A DNA stretch of 64,000 nt from Tubiluchus corallicola (taxonomy: Eukaryota; Animalia; Priapulida): contig JAQGDQ010000185.1 in NCBI GenBank assembly GCA_030141605.1, forward strand, positions 248,001-312,000. The letters run 5' to 3'. The notes under the pieces were generated by a model. It was not told where the DNA came from and did no database searches. It saw only the letters and a program-made list of their open reading frames with translations. A program made the translations under genes and the position numbers. Shown here piece by piece: positions 63,122 through 64,000 of this stretch; within the stretch, counting starts at the first letter, position 1; the number at the start of each line of letters is the position of its first letter.

Positions 63122-64000
63122 AAATACATGTGTAGGTTATATATATATATATATCGATAATTGGGAGGGTATCATGCATGTGTGGGCCGTCCCAAAATGT
63201 TGATTAAACTACCTCGCCGTGAATTATATGAAGCCTGGTAATTGTTGGTTTTTATCAAGTTGTACTAAAACAAAGAATCATTAGTTTATGGCCATAAATC
63301 TGAGTTTTAATATTTTAATAATAACAGTATTGTATTGTAAGTTCAATTTTATACAAGGAACGAAAATATTTGTTTTTAGCACATAAATTAGATTAATATT
63401 TCATCAAAAACATATTATAAAAAATAAAAAACGTTTAGTCTTCTGTATTCGCTACTTACTTATGTCCAAATAAAACTCTTGAATTCTTGAAACTTCAAAT
63501 TCACTCAGATTAGTCATTTTTAATTTTTAAATAGTCTTTTTACTGGTAGATAATTAGCTGTAGCCAGTTTACAAGTATAACAGGTGCATGAGTTTTATTT
63601 GCAATGGTCTAAGCAATGTTAGACATATTCACAACATTCACCTATTTCACACTTTATAGTTGAGTAAAATGTGGCACGTTTACAAATATAGACTGACAAT
63701 GTTTGGACTATTGCGTCGATTATGTATCAAGGGGCTTTATATTAGCACAAGAACAATACCCTCATCCAGTACCTGCAGCTGTTATTATGCTCATGATATC
63801 TATGTCTTTTCATCTTAATGGTTAGCTTTAAACATAAGTACTGTACATGTATTGAAAATCTCAGTTAAAGTATATGGATAGCATTAACGTGATACTATAC
63901 AAGATATTTTAGCTGATTAACAATTAAGATAGTGTGATTTTCAAAGGATCAATTAAGTATTATAGAACAACATTAATACTCGCTAGAATAAAAAAAACGA

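Overview
AT-rich eukaryotic (invertebrate-like metazoan) genomic DNA, mostly intronic or intergenic. There is no prokaryotic operon, CRISPR array or intact RNA gene. At the right end are two tandem, single-coding-exon class A (rhodopsin-like) GPCR paralogs on the + strand (59422-60495 and 62048-63121, 357 aa each). Both lack three normally conserved activation residues: DRY is DMY, CWxP is TWTV/TWTA, and NPxxY is NAxxY. The first ~51 kb look like the 5' region of a large, unidentified minus-strand gene. It has one well-defined internal exon (1778-1951, phase 2/2) and several ATG-initiated candidate first exons that all end in phase 2 (50991-51085, 33876-34000, 13511-13572, possibly 11733-11854). 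It also has a degenerate tandem copy of one first exon and a candidate recursive splice site at ~40386. The rest is decayed LINE fragments (the clearest is RTE-X-like, ~56.6-57.65 kb), tRNA- and 5S-derived SINE remnants, MITEs, small tandem duplications, a perfect 66-bp palindrome and long microsatellites. Most short ORFs in the track are spurious. All exon and repeat-family calls were made by eye and need RNA-seq or database confirmation.
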